A program made the translations under genes and the position numbers. Positions 9,463 to 21,000 of a stretch of DNA of 64,000 nucleotides are shown piece after piece (the first letter of the stretch is position 1; each line of letters begins with the position of its first letter). A model generated the notes under the pieces. The model saw only the letters and a program-made list of their open reading frames with translations, did not search any database and was not told the DNA's origin. The DNA is from Nitrospiraceae bacterium (GTDB lineage Bacteria > Nitrospirota > Nitrospiria > Nitrospirales > Nitrospiraceae): NCBI GenBank assembly GCA_050246315.1, contig JBFWWG010000012.1, positions 54,543 to 118,542 of the forward strand, written 5' to 3'.

Positions 9463-10479
9463 CTAAACTCTTCTCATACTATTGTCCTGTGGCACATACC
9501 CATGAAGAATGGATCGACTCTCCTCCACCACGGCTGCGCGCAACGACTCCGGCTTGACCACCCGAACGCCGCTGCCGAAGCTCAAGATCCATCCCAATAG
9601 TTCCCTGGTATCGGCCACGGTGAGCGCCATGCGGAGCCTGCCGTCCCGGATCGGGGTGAGCTGTTGGCTCGGATGCCAGATGCGATCCCGCACCCAGGCC
9701 GCGGTCGCCTTGTCGAACAACAACTCGACCTCGATGCGCTTTCCGCGCATGACGATGAGGGCATCCTCGATCGATGCCTCCACATCATCATCGATCGGCA
9801 TCTGATAGGGATGGTCCGTGAGCGTGCAGGAGCGAATGCGCTCGACGGCGAACATCCGCAGGTCTTTCCGCCAGTGACAGTAGCCGAGGAGATACAGCCC
9901 GCCGTCGATATACCGCAGGCGGTAGGGATCGACCTCGCGCCTGGTCGTCGCCTGACGGGAGGCCGAGTAGTAGCGCATCTGGACGGTGCGTCCGCGCGTG
10001 ATCGCCCTGGTCAGCAAGTCGATGGTGACGCGATGGTCCCGGTATCGTTTGTGCGGACCCAGCCCGACGGAGAACGAGTGCTCCAGTTGGCGCACGAACT
10101 CCATGGCCGGCGGGGGGATGCTGGCCACAGCCTTCTGCATCGCGGAATCGAGCGCGGCCTTCAGCTCGGTGCCTTCCAACGGAGCCAGCAGGTGCCGGCT
10201 GAAGGCGACGGCCATGACCTCGGTCGGCGAGAGCCCCAGCGTCGGGATATTGCGAAACCCCTCCATGAGTCGCCATCGCACCTGTCCATCCACCCGTTCG
10301 GTGACGAGGGGAAAGTTGACGGCCTCCAGCGCCGCCAGGTCGCGCCGGATCGTGCGGGCATGTTTGGGCAGGTCGTCCGGCAGCTCCGCCAGGAGCGCGT
10401 CCAAGGTCAGGCCTCGCTTCGCCGCTTCCAGACGCCGAAGGATATGCCATTGGCGGGTGACTTGGTCGTTTCTCGGCAT
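9463..10479 (-). CDS. HTH-WYL-WCX transcriptional regulator
   Basis: N-terminal wHTH (RTIRRDLAAL), WYL core (REVDPYRL, LYLLGYCHWRKDLRMFAVERI) and C-terminal WILSFGSGVRVVKPESLR. Confidence 0.95.
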   Translation of the reverse strand: MPRNDQVTRQWHILRRLEAAKRGLTLDALLAELPDDLPKHARTIRRDLAALEAVNFPLVTERVDGQVRWRLMEGFRNIPTLGLSPTEVMAVAFSRHLLAPLEGTELKAALDSAMQKAVASIPPPAMEFVRQLEHSFSVGLGPHKRYRDHRVTIDLLTRAITRGRTVQMRYYSASRQATTRREVDPYRLRYIDGGLYLLGYCHWRKDLRMFAVERIRSCTLTDHPYQMPIDDDVEASIEDALIVMRGKRIEVELLFDKATAAWVRDRIWHPSQQLTPIRDGRLRMALTVADTRELLGWILSFGSGVRVVKPESLRAAVVEESRSILHGYVPQDNSMRRV

Positions 10480-10546
10480 GGCCCCTCCTGAACGACGGAT
10501 ACGCGCAGTACGACGGACCCACAGACATAGACGGACGGCGGGCCAT

Positions 10547-10575
10547 ACAGTAGTCGAAACGGATCAGGTCGGCAA
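10547..10575 (-). promoter_or_regulatory. Candidate sigma70 promoter of the WYL gene
   Basis: TTGCCG-17 nt-TACTGT on the minus strand, about 70 nt upstream of the ATG. Confidence 0.45.
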
Positions 10576-10617
10576 GGCGACGGTAGGAATGCTAGGCCAC
10601 ATTATTCATGACGGTTC

Positions 10618-11082
10618 GTGACGCATCGTCATGAATACTGCGCACTCGCGCTTCAGGCCTATGGCTGGCATGACCGGCCGACTCATGATGTGGATGGCGA
10701 AGTTGCAGGACCGTTCCAACCGCTGGTCACGTTCCTGACTGCGCACGGCGTGCCCGCCGATCTGAGCGAAGATATTTCGGGCTGGTCGCTCGTGGCGATG
10801 CCTCCCGGCTATCGAGACCGCGCGACCGACCTTGTCTCGCGCCCGAATCTTCGCATTCAATTGCTCGCACCCGTCGATTTCGTGATCGCGAAATGGCGGC
10901 GCGGTACCGATCTCGACCTGGAAGATGCCACCTTCGTCGTGAAACGCTTTGGTCTCTCAACTGAATCCATTCAAGCCTCGGCCTCGGCTGCCATCGGCGC
11001 GTCCCGCCAAGATACGGCGTTGTTTCTGTTCCGAAACACTGTTGACCTGTTCTGCCGAAGCCTGACTGACCATCAGACCTGA
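10618..11082 (+). pseudogene. DUF6036-like nucleotidyltransferase, probably 5'-truncated
   Basis: ALQAYG...RPTHDVDGEV and VIAKWRRGTDLDLEDA motifs. The 5' end abuts a family-2 MITE end (10592-10623) and the expected hydrophobic-GG start is missing. Confidence 0.65.
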
Positions 11083-11143
11083 TCACAGACAGTGGAATTG
11101 TTTCCGCCCCACCCAGCCGAGTTGAACTTTCGGAGCAGCGGCG

Positions 11144-12499
11144 TCATCGCTCCCGTAAACTCTCCGTCACGGATTTGAGGAGCGGGCTCAAGAGGTATTC
11201 CATCACCCGGCGCCGGCCGGTCTTCACTTCGACCGTCACGGCCATGCCGGGCGAAAGATGCACCTGCTTGCCCTCCACCGGGATAGTGCTGCGATCCATG
11301 CTCACCCTGGTGGCATAGACCAGTCCACCCTTTTCCTTATCGAGCGGCACCGCATCGTCCGAGACGCTCAGCACCGTTCCGGGAATCGTCCCATAGATGG
11401 TGAAGGGGAACGTCTCGATCTTGATCTCGACCTCTTGGCCTTCTTTGACGAATCCCACGTCCTTATTCTCGACCCGCGCCTCGACCTCCACCGGATGGGC
11501 CTGGGGCACGACCGTCAACAACGGTTGAGCGGGCGTGACGACCCCGCCGACCGTGTGGACGGCGAGTTGCTGCACCACGCCGTCGATCGGCGAGACCAGT
11601 GTCTGGAGCTCGGCTTTCTGACCGGCCTTCACGACTTGCTGCGCCAGGGAGGCCGCCTTCGTTTCGGCCGCAGACAGTTCGGCCTGCTTGCTCTGCTGAA
11701 ACTCCGAGACTAGAGCGCGGGCATTCTTCTCCGCCTCGGCCAGAGCCGCCAGGTCCTGAACCAGCTTCTGCCGGTTCTGCGCCAGTTCCTGTGCCTTATC
11801 GATCCGTTGCTGCTCGAATTGCAGGTAGTCCATCTTCGATACATACTGATGGTCGAGCAGCCGTTTGTAGGCCGCGGCCCGCTCGGCTTCAATGGGGACT
11901 GTCGCTTCCAGCCTTCGAATATTTTCTTTCGTTCCCTCCACCACGGCCCGCCGTTGTTCGACCAGCGATTGCGCCGCATCCAGGCGGGCTTGATATTCGG
12001 TAAGCTGATCGCGCAACAGTTGTTGCTGCAACTCGACCATGGCCGGCTCGGCATCTTCCGGCGCTTCCAGGATCGGGGTGCCGGCGATCAACGCTCGCAG
12101 TCGAGCCGCTTCCGTCCTCGCCGCGCGATATTCGTTGATCGCCTGCGCCCGGTCGGCTCGATTCTGAGTGGGGTCCAGTTCAATGAGCACGTCACCTCTC
12201 CGGACGATCTGTCCGTCCTGTACATGGATCGAGGAGACGACTCCGGTCTCGAAGGGCTGGATGACTTTCGAGTAGCCGCTTGGAATCACCTTTCCCGGCG
12301 CCACCGCGACGATGTCCAGCCAACCGAACCAGGCCCAGGCGACGGCTGCGATGAAAATCCCGATAATGGTCCAGACGATCGCGCGCCCGATTGGAGACGG
12401 CGGTCTCTGTTCGATCTCCAGCACCGCCGGCAAGAATTCGACGGCACGACTGAGCGTGGGGGTTGATGCGCGATTTGACGGCACCGTGCCCTTCGCCAT
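11144..12499 (-). CDS. hlyD: Type I secretion membrane fusion protein
   Basis: EFLPAVLEI, one TM helix, a long coiled coil, SPIDGVVQQLAVHTVGGVV and LSPGMAVTVEVKTGRRRVMEYLLSP. Start set at MAKG. Confidence 0.95.
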   Translation of the reverse strand: MAKGTVPSNRASTPTLSRAVEFLPAVLEIEQRPPSPIGRAIVWTIIGIFIAAVAWAWFGWLDIVAVAPGKVIPSGYSKVIQPFETGVVSSIHVQDGQIVRRGDVLIELDPTQNRADRAQAINEYRAARTEAARLRALIAGTPILEAPEDAEPAMVELQQQLLRDQLTEYQARLDAAQSLVEQRRAVVEGTKENIRRLEATVPIEAERAAAYKRLLDHQYVSKMDYLQFEQQRIDKAQELAQNRQKLVQDLAALAEAEKNARALVSEFQQSKQAELSAAETKAASLAQQVVKAGQKAELQTLVSPIDGVVQQLAVHTVGGVVTPAQPLLTVVPQAHPVEVEARVENKDVGFVKEGQEVEIKIETFPFTIYGTIPGTVLSVSDDAVPLDKEKGGLVYATRVSMDRSTIPVEGKQVHLSPGMAVTVEVKTGRRRVMEYLLSPLLKSVTESLRER

Positions 12500-12612
12500 T
12501 TCAGCCTCAACTCGCCAGGCCGAGACCCAGACTCCAAGATGACTCGCTATCGCATTCCATGACATAAAGTTTAATAGAAGTATGATGTTATAACCTATTG
12601 ATCTAATCGATC

Positions 12613-14784
12613 TCACGCAGCTTCCTGATCTCCCTGCTGATAGCGCGAGAGCCGTGCGTAGGCTCCGTTGCTCCTGAGGAGTTCCTCGTGCGTCCCTTGC
12701 TCGGCGATCTCGCCCTTCTCGATCACGAAAATGCGTTGGGCCGATCGCACCGTGCTCAGCCGGTGCGCGACGATGATGACGGTCCGACCTTGGCAAATCC
12801 GCGCCATGTTTCGCTGGATGACGGCCTCGGATTCGTAATCGAGCGCGCTGGTCGCTTCATCGAAAATCAGGATGCGCGGATTGGCAATCAGCGCACGCGC
12901 AATGGCGATTCGTTGGCGCTGCCCGCCGGAGAGGGAGCAGCCCTGCTCGCCGACGATCGTGTCGTAGCCTTCCGGCAATTCCAGAATGAACTCATGAGCC
13001 CCGGCCAGCATCGCTGCCTGAATGACCCGCTCCATCGAGAGTCCGGGGTCCGCTTGGGCGATGTTGTCGCGTACCGACCGGTTGAACAGAAAGTTTTCTT
13101 GCAGCACCACCCCGACCTGCCGTCGCAGCCAGGCCGGATCGACCTGCGCCAGATCCACCCCGTCCACGAGGACGCGGCCCCGTTCCGGCACATAGAGACG
13201 TTGAATCAGTTTCGCAATCGTACTCTTGCCCGAACCGGATCGTCCGACGATCCCGACCACCTGACCCGGCTGCATCGCGAAGGACAGCTTGCGGAGGACT
13301 TCGCTGCCGTCGGATCGATACCGGAATGTGACCTCGTTGAAGACCACGTGGCCTTTTACGGAAGGCAACGTCGTCCTGTTTGGATTGTACGAGGGCTCGG
13401 GCCTGCTGTTGAGCAGATCGCCCAAGCGCTGCATCGACACACCGACCTGTTGAAACTCCTGCCAGAGGTTCACGATCCGGAGTAACGGCCCCGTCACCTG
13501 CCCGGACAACATGTTGAACGCGATCAACTGACCGATGCTCAAGGTCCCGTCGATCACCAGGTAGGCGCCGGCCCAGAGAATCGCGATGACCGTCAGCTTT
13601 TGGATCAGACCCGCCACCTGGCCGGCCACCGTCATCAGGCTCGTGGTCCGGAAGCTCGCGTGCACATAGTCCGCCAGTTGCCCATCCCATCGACGCTGGA
13701 GGGGCGGCTCCAATGCCAGCGCCTTGACCGTTTGAATGCCGGTCACAGCCTCGACCAGAAAGGCCTGGTTCTCGGCGCCACGCGTAAACTTTTCGTTCAG
13801 CCGCGCTCGGATGACCGGCGTGATGACCAGCGAGAGCGCCGCGTACAACGGCAACGACCCCAGCACGATCAGCGTGAGCCAGGGGCTGTAGAACCACATC
13901 ACGCCTAGAAAGACCGCCGTGAAGAGGAGATCCAAGACGACCGTGACGGCGTGGCCGGTCAGGAACTGTCGGATCTGTTCCAGTTCGCGCACGCGCGCCA
14001 CCGTATCGCCCACTCGCCGGGCTTCGAAGTACGCGAGCGGCAGCGAGAGGACATGTCGAAACAATTGCGCGCCGAGCGCCACGTCGATCCGATTGGTGGT
14101 ATGAGAGAACAAGTAGGTGCGTAGCCCTCCCAGGAGGGCATCGAAGAGCGCCAGGCCCGCCATGCCGATCGCCAACACATGGAGCGTGGTGAAGCCCTTG
14201 TGAACGAGGACCTTGTCGATGACGACTTGGGTAAATAGGGGCGTCAGCAGCGCGAAGAGTTGCAGAAACAGCGACGCGAGCAGGACTTCTCCCAGGAGCC
14301 GACGATGCCTCACCAGTGCGGGAACGAACCAGGTGAAGTCGAACGTCAGATCTTGTGGCCGTCTGTGCGCTCGCTTCGTGAACAGCAGCAATGTGCCGGA
14401 CCAGGCGGCTTCAAACGTTCGGCGGGTGAGGAGGAGAGGTCGCTCGCCCTGGGGATCTTGGATCAGGACCTTGTCGGCTTCGGCCTTGGCCAGCACGACG
14501 AACCGGCCGTCCTTCCGACGGGCCATGGCCGGCAGCGGCAGGGTCGGCAATTCGGACCAACCCACTGTCACCTGTCCGGCCTTCAACCCCAGATGCTTCG
14601 CCGCCCGGATCAGATCGCCTTCGTTGAGCGTTCTGCCGCTTTCCGCAAACTGGTGCCGAATCTGCCCGCCGTCCGCCGGCAAGTCAAAAAACCGCGCGAG
14701 GATCAGGAGACAGAGCAGGCCACTGTCTGGTTCGTGAACTGGTTCTGAACTGGATTGTTGGGATGAGTCGTCGGGCGGGCTCAT
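12613..14784 (-). CDS. hlyB: Type I secretion ABC transporter with a C39-like domain
   Basis: C39-like N-terminus (DSGLLCL), TM domain, Walker A GRSGSGKST, LSGGQRQR and FDEATSALD. Confidence 0.95.
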   Translation of the reverse strand: MSPPDDSSQQSSSEPVHEPDSGLLCLLILARFFDLPADGGQIRHQFAESGRTLNEGDLIRAAKHLGLKAGQVTVGWSELPTLPLPAMARRKDGRFVVLAKAEADKVLIQDPQGERPLLLTRRTFEAAWSGTLLLFTKRAHRRPQDLTFDFTWFVPALVRHRRLLGEVLLASLFLQLFALLTPLFTQVVIDKVLVHKGFTTLHVLAIGMAGLALFDALLGGLRTYLFSHTTNRIDVALGAQLFRHVLSLPLAYFEARRVGDTVARVRELEQIRQFLTGHAVTVVLDLLFTAVFLGVMWFYSPWLTLIVLGSLPLYAALSLVITPVIRARLNEKFTRGAENQAFLVEAVTGIQTVKALALEPPLQRRWDGQLADYVHASFRTTSLMTVAGQVAGLIQKLTVIAILWAGAYLVIDGTLSIGQLIAFNMLSGQVTGPLLRIVNLWQEFQQVGVSMQRLGDLLNSRPEPSYNPNRTTLPSVKGHVVFNEVTFRYRSDGSEVLRKLSFAMQPGQVVGIVGRSGSGKSTIAKLIQRLYVPERGRVLVDGVDLAQVDPAWLRRQVGVVLQENFLFNRSVRDNIAQADPGLSMERVIQAAMLAGAHEFILELPEGYDTIVGEQGCSLSGGQRQRIAIARALIANPRILIFDEATSALDYESEAVIQRNMARICQGRTVIIVAHRLSTVRSAQRIFVIEKGEIAEQGTHEELLRSNGAYARLSRYQQGDQEAA

Positions 14785-15041
14785 CGTCTTGGCATCGGCG
14801 GGACGGCCATCTCGTTGCCTCCTGCACACCTGGAGCAAACGGGCCTATCCTACTCACGCGCCGATGAATCGACGATTCTCCAGATGAATGGGATTCCCCC
14901 CTAATGGCACGGGGCCATACGGGACTCCACTCGGGAGGAATGAATGGACAAGGCCTGATTGGGAAGACCGGGAGAGACCGCGAGCAGGAACTCCCTGGCG
15001 GATCAAGACCGCGACCTGATAGGACACAAGACTCGTGCGGG

Positions 15042-18000
15042 CTAGGACCAACTGGCAGCCAGGATGGCCTGCACGTCCTCCGGTCGCTGAGCAACGGCCG
15101 CTTCCCACGACAGGCCTGTTTGGCTCGTGAAGCCTGCCATCGCTTGGATGAGTTGATCGACCTGGTTGTTCAACAACTGCTGGCCGTTACCTGCAACGAT
15201 GAGCTCCGTCTGATTGGACGTGCCGTCGTACCAATTGTGGATCGTGATCTGATCCGACGTGCCGTAAAGCGCAATCCGCAGGTCATCGGCTTGCCGGCTC
15301 AGCACCAGATCCAACGGATCGATGGTCGCACCGAATCGTACCGTATCCTGGCCGGAGCCTCCGTCTTCGATCAACCGATCCTGACCATCCCCACGTGCGA
15401 AGAGATAGTCGTCGTGGCCTGAGCCTCCGATCAAGAGATCGTTCCCGGTTCCACCAGCAAGCTGATCCGCCCCGCTGCCGGCCAGGAGCAGGTCATCGTC
15501 CGCGCCTCCGCTGAGTTGGTCATCGCCCGATCCACCGTCGAGCATATCGGTGCCGTCGCCTCCATCCAGTAGATCGTGGCCGCTCCCGGCAGTGAGGGCG
15601 TCGTTCCCCAACCCGCCGAGAAGCTGATCGTGGCCGCTGCCGCCGAGCAGAAGATCGTGGCCCTCGCCGCCCTCCAACCGATCCTGGCCCGATCCCCCGT
15701 CAAGCCAGTTCATTCCGGCGTTGCCGATGATGAGATTGTTGAGCGAGTTCCCATGCCCATTGATATTGCCGGTGCCGGTGAGCGTGAGGTTCTCGAGGTT
15801 GCTCCCCAGCGTCCAAGTGACGTTGGTCTGAATCGTATCGATGCCGCCTCCGGCGCTTTCAATCACCGTATCGCCCATCCCCACTACATAGGTGTCATTA
15901 CCGGTTCCGCCGGTCAAGCGGTTCCGCCCGCTGTTGCCGACCAGGAGATTGTCCAGCTCGTTGCCCGTCCCAGTGAGATCCGCCGTGCCGGCGAGGGTGA
16001 GGTTCTCCACATTGGCGCCAAGGCTGTAACTCACGAGACTCTGCACCGTATCGAGACCTTCTCCGGCCATTTCGGTGACGACATCCCCGGGATCGTCTAC
16101 GCTGTAGGTGTCGTGGCCCACCCCACCGGCCATCCGATCCGCTCCAACACCGCCGTCGAGGAGATCGTCGCCTCCACCCGATTGCATGTTGTCATTGCCG
16201 GCCAATCCCATCAGGCGATCCGTCGTGTCGGTGCCGGTGAGCGCATCGTCGTTGGCAGTCCCGACGAAGTCGAACCCGCGCGCGAGCAGGTCTTGATAGG
16301 TCAGGACCGTCCCATCGGCAAAGCGGAACGTCTCGATCGCACGCGGGCCGAACACGTCGGCGGGATCGAAGGAGGTGAGGTGAATAGCATCCCCACCTGC
16401 TCCGACCCGAATCACCAGTGACCCTAATCCGAGGCTCAGATCGGCCGGCGTGATGCCGGCTCCAAATTGGAGGCTGTTCCCCTCGCCGGGCAGCGCCTGA
16501 TCGGTAATGGTATCGACGCCATCTCCCAGATTGAACAGATACGTGTCGTCGCCGGGTCCGCCGGTCAGCGTATCGTTCCCGGTTCCGCCGGCAATCCTGT
16601 CATTCCCCGCGCCGGCGTCCACGACGTCGTTCCCGTCCAACGCCTCGATCTCATCGTCGGCGAGGCCGCCCTCCAGCAGATCGTCGCTATCGGTCGCCCG
16701 CGGTCCCAGCAGGTCCGCCACCCGCACCGTCGTCCCGTCGGCAAATGCGAGGGTCTCGACCACCAGCGAGCCGTTCAAATCGTTCGGATCGAAGTTTACC
16801 AGCCGCAGCGCATCGCCGTTGGTCCCAATCTGAATCGTCAGGAGACCGCTGGATTGAACGAGGGTCAGATCAGCCCGTGAAATTCCGGCGCCGAATTGGA
16901 TCACGTTGCCGTCGCCCGGAACGGCACGATCGTCGATCGTATCGATGCCATCGCCGGCGTTGAACAGATAGGTGTCGTGGCCTGCGCCGCCAAGCATCCG
17001 ATCATTTCCCTGCTTTCCTGCCAACACGTTGGCGGCTTGATTGCCCACCAAGACATTGTTGAGTGCATTTCCGGTCCCTGTGCTAGGCCCCTCCCCGATG
17101 AGTGTGAGGTTTTCCAGATGATCACCCAGCACATAACTCACGGCACTGGCCACGGTATCGATACCCTCACCCGCCGCTTCAACGATGGTATCGGGCAGGC
17201 CCGTATCGGAGGCCAGGCCCATCACGGCATAGGTGTCGTTGCCAGTTCCTCCGATGAGCAGATCATTTACCCCGTCATCCGACATGCTTTCGGCGAGCGC
17301 CTCGTTGATCGAAAGGGAGGGGCGCAGGCTCCCGCCCGCCAACGTATCGTCCCCCGCTCCACCGGACAACACGTCGGCATTCCGGCTGCCGATCAGGAGG
17401 TTATCGAGGGCATTGCCCGTACCAGTCATCGCCGGCCCATCGCCCGGCGGCAGGCCCCAGGTCGTCAGTTGAAGATTCTCGACATGATCGGGCAGCTCAT
17501 AGGAAACGGAACTCCGGACCGTATCGATCCCGCCATCCGTCTGCTCCGCAATGATTTCGCCGGAATTGTAGATCACATAGGTGTCGTCCCCGGCGCCGCC
17601 AACCAAGACATCATCAGCCAGGATAGAGGACGGGTTGCTGACCGGGAGAATCGCTTCCTGCCCGGACATGAATCGGACGGTACCTCCGATCGGCGCCAAG
17701 ATGTCGTCGCCTGCTCCACCGATCAGCATGTCGCTCTGCGACTCGTCGAACGCCACGGACGACGCCCGGACATATCCTCCAACGAGGACATCGTTGCCGG
17801 CGCCGCCGTCGATCGTGCTGGCTCCGCCGTTCTCCACGAGAACATTGTCGAGTTCGTTCCCGATGAGCTGGAAGTTCGACGAGGCCGCCCGTAGCGCCTC
17901 CACATGAGTGGGCAAGGTGTAGACGGACGGCACATCCCCGGTCACCGTATCGAATCCCTCTCCGGGCTGCTCCACGACTGTGTCGTCGCCGACCGAATCG

Positions 18001-21000
18001 ATCCGATAGACATCGTCGCCGGTACCGCCGATCAACGTGTCGGCGCCAACAGCACTGACAAACCGATCCGGAACTGCCGTGCCGATTAGAGTCTCGTCCC
18101 CACTCGTACCGACAATAGACGCCGGCGCTTCACGGCGTTGCGTCAGATGTCTCCAATCGGTTGTGTCGAACGGTGAGAAGGCCGCTTTCCAGAGTCCAAC
18201 CACCGTGGTCTTCTCCCATGTCGTGCCATCCTGAAATCGGACGATCGGGGGCGCTGCCTGATCGAAATATCCGACGACCCGCAACTTGTCCCCCGTCGAG
18301 CCGATCGCCAAAACCAGATTGTTGGGAATCGCCAAGATCTCATTGGAGTTGGACAGTACCCGAATATCGCCGGGAGCGATGCCGTCGCCCAGTTGAATCG
18401 TTTCACTGCCGGTGAAATCGCTGATCTGATCCAGGCCCGATCCGATGCCGAAACGATAGGTGTCGTTTCCAGAGCCACCATCCAGGAGATCGTTCCCGCC
18501 GCCGCCGTCCATCAGATTCGCGCCGCTATTACCGATGAGGATGTTGTCGAGTCCATTCCCGAGACCCGCAATATCCGCGATTCCGGTCAGGACCAGACGC
18601 TCCAGATGATCGGATAATTGAAAAGAGGCGCTGCTCTCGACTGTATCGTAACCCTCGGCGATCCGTTCAATCACCACGTCGCCTGAATGATCCACGACGT
18701 ACAGATCATCGCCGGCGCCGCCGATCAGGGTGTCCATGCCGGCCCCGCCGTCGAGACGATTGACGCCACGATTGCCCACCAGCGTATTATCGAGGCCATT
18801 GCCGAAACCGTCCACCGTCGGAGACTCCACACCCTGGATCTCGAGCAGGCTGAGATCGGAATCTCTGAGCACCAGATTCTCCAGGTTGGCTCCCAAGCGA
18901 TAGGTCCTCGCGCTTTCGACCGTATCGATTCCCTGCCCTGCCTCTTCGACAATCTGCTCGAACCCTTTTACGATGTACGTGTCGTTCCCCGCTCTTCCGG
19001 CCAGGATATTGACCGATCCGTTTCCGCTCAACACATTATCCAGCTCATTGCCGGTGCCGTTGATCGATCCCGTTCCACACAGCACGAGGTTTTCGATGTG
19101 GGCGCCTAATGTCGCCGTCGCCGTCGTTTGGACTGTGTCCGTGCCAGCGCCCGGTAACTCAACAACCGTATCCCCCTCCCCAATTAGATAGGTGTCGTTG
19201 CCTTGACCGCCTGCCAGAACGTTGGCCGCAGCGTTTCCAATCAAGACGTTGTCGAGATCATTGCCGGTCCCATCGACAGCGCCCGTCCCGGTCAAGGTCA
19301 ACCGCTCAAGATTGGGGGCCAGCGCATGGCTCACGGCGCTGAACACCGAATCGATGCCCTCGCCGGGCAGTTCCACGATCGTGTCCCCCGGAGCGTCAAC
19401 GAGATACTGGTCGTCGCCGGTCCCGCCGATGAGCCGATCGTCGCCGGTTCCACCATCCAGCACATCGTCGCCGTCGAGCCCGCGGAGTTCGTCATTGCCG
19501 CTGAGCCCGGTCAATATATCCACTCCGGTCCCTCCGACGACCACATCATCGGCAACAGTCCCGGCCAGTCTGGTTTGCGTCGCGGCTTCCAAATCGGCGG
19601 TATCCCAAACGGTGCCGTCGGCAAAGTGGACCTGTTCGATCTGGAAGGTCGAGGCGAGGAAAAACTCAGATAGCGTCAGGCGATCGGTTGTCCCATTGAT
19701 GCTCAGGACAAGATCTCGCCCCTGGCGCCTCACGGCGACGTCACTGGGCAGCACATCCGTCCCGAAATGAATCGCATCCGCCATGCCGGCTCGATCGAGC
19801 ACCCGATCCCACCCATCGCCCCGATTGAAGACATAGACATCGTCGCCGTCTTTACCTTGCAACACGTCATTCTCAGCTCCTCCCACCATCCGATCGGCGC
19901 CGTTCGTGCCGGCAAGCGTATCGGCGCCGGGGGTGCCCGCCACCTCAAACCCTCGCGCGATAAGCTGGTTGTATGAGAGCACCGTGCCGTCGCTGAATCG
20001 AAAAGTCTCAACCGCATGCAGGCCGAACACATCGTCAGGATTGAAGCCGGAGAGTCGAAGCTCATCGCCGCCCGTCCCGACGCGAATCGTCAAGATCGAG
20101 TCGTTTCGGAGAAACCCCAAGCGGAGCATGCCAGGTGTGATGCCGGGACCGAACACCATTTCATTTCCTTCACCGGCGGTCGTAGAATCGGTGATCGTGT
20201 CGATACCGTCCCCAAGGTTGAAGACGTACTGATCGTGGCCGGCCATTCCAACCAGTTGATCATCTCCCGCGCCACCCTGAAGCCGATCGGGCAAGGCCGT
20301 GCCGAATAGGTTGTCGCTGCCGGACGTGCCGACCAGCGTGAACCCACGCGCTACCAACTCGGCGTAGGTCAGGGTCGTACCGTCGGCAAATTGGAACGTC
20401 TCGATATCGTGAGCGCCCGTGGGATTCGTGCGGCGCGCATTGGCCAACACGATGTCCTCCCCCGGCACGCCGGTTTGCACTGTCAAATTGCTCCCGTCCA
20501 CGCCAAGCCTGACGGACTGCGACGAAATCCCCGGACCGAACCGCAAGACGTTGCCGGCGCCGGCCACCGCCGTATCGGCAATCACATCCCGCCCGTCTCC
20601 CTGCATGTGGAGATAGGTATCGTGGCCAGGCCCGCCATCGAGAAAATCCTCTCCCCGCCCGCCGATGAGCAGATCATCTCCGTCTTCACCACGCAGGCTG
20701 TCATTCCCCTCGCCACCCTCAAGCCGATCGTGGCCCAGGCCGCCGTAGAGGGTGTCATTCCCGGATTCCGCTCGTAGGATGTCGTCGCCGGCCAGTCCGC
20801 TGAGCTGATCATGACCGTCGCCGGCCTGCATCTCATCCGCCAGATCGCTCCCAATCATCTCCTCGTTCCCAGGCCCGCCGAGGGTCAGAACACCTTTGGT
20901 TTGCAGTTGGGCAAGTAGGGCGGTCCAGGCGATGGTCGTCCCATCGGCAAAGACCGCTTGGTCAAAGGCGTTCCCGTTATGCCGAATTCGATCATCCGGC

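Noticed and set aside
1..11100. CRISPR array or cas1/cas2/cas4 near the cas genes
   Set aside because: No regularly spaced repeats or adaptation genes are visible; they may lie beyond the left edge.
12500..12796. Long N-terminal extensions given by the ORF track (hlyD, also cas3, tldD, rseP, RRM)
   Set aside because: They overlap neighbours or lack family similarity; downstream starts fit better.
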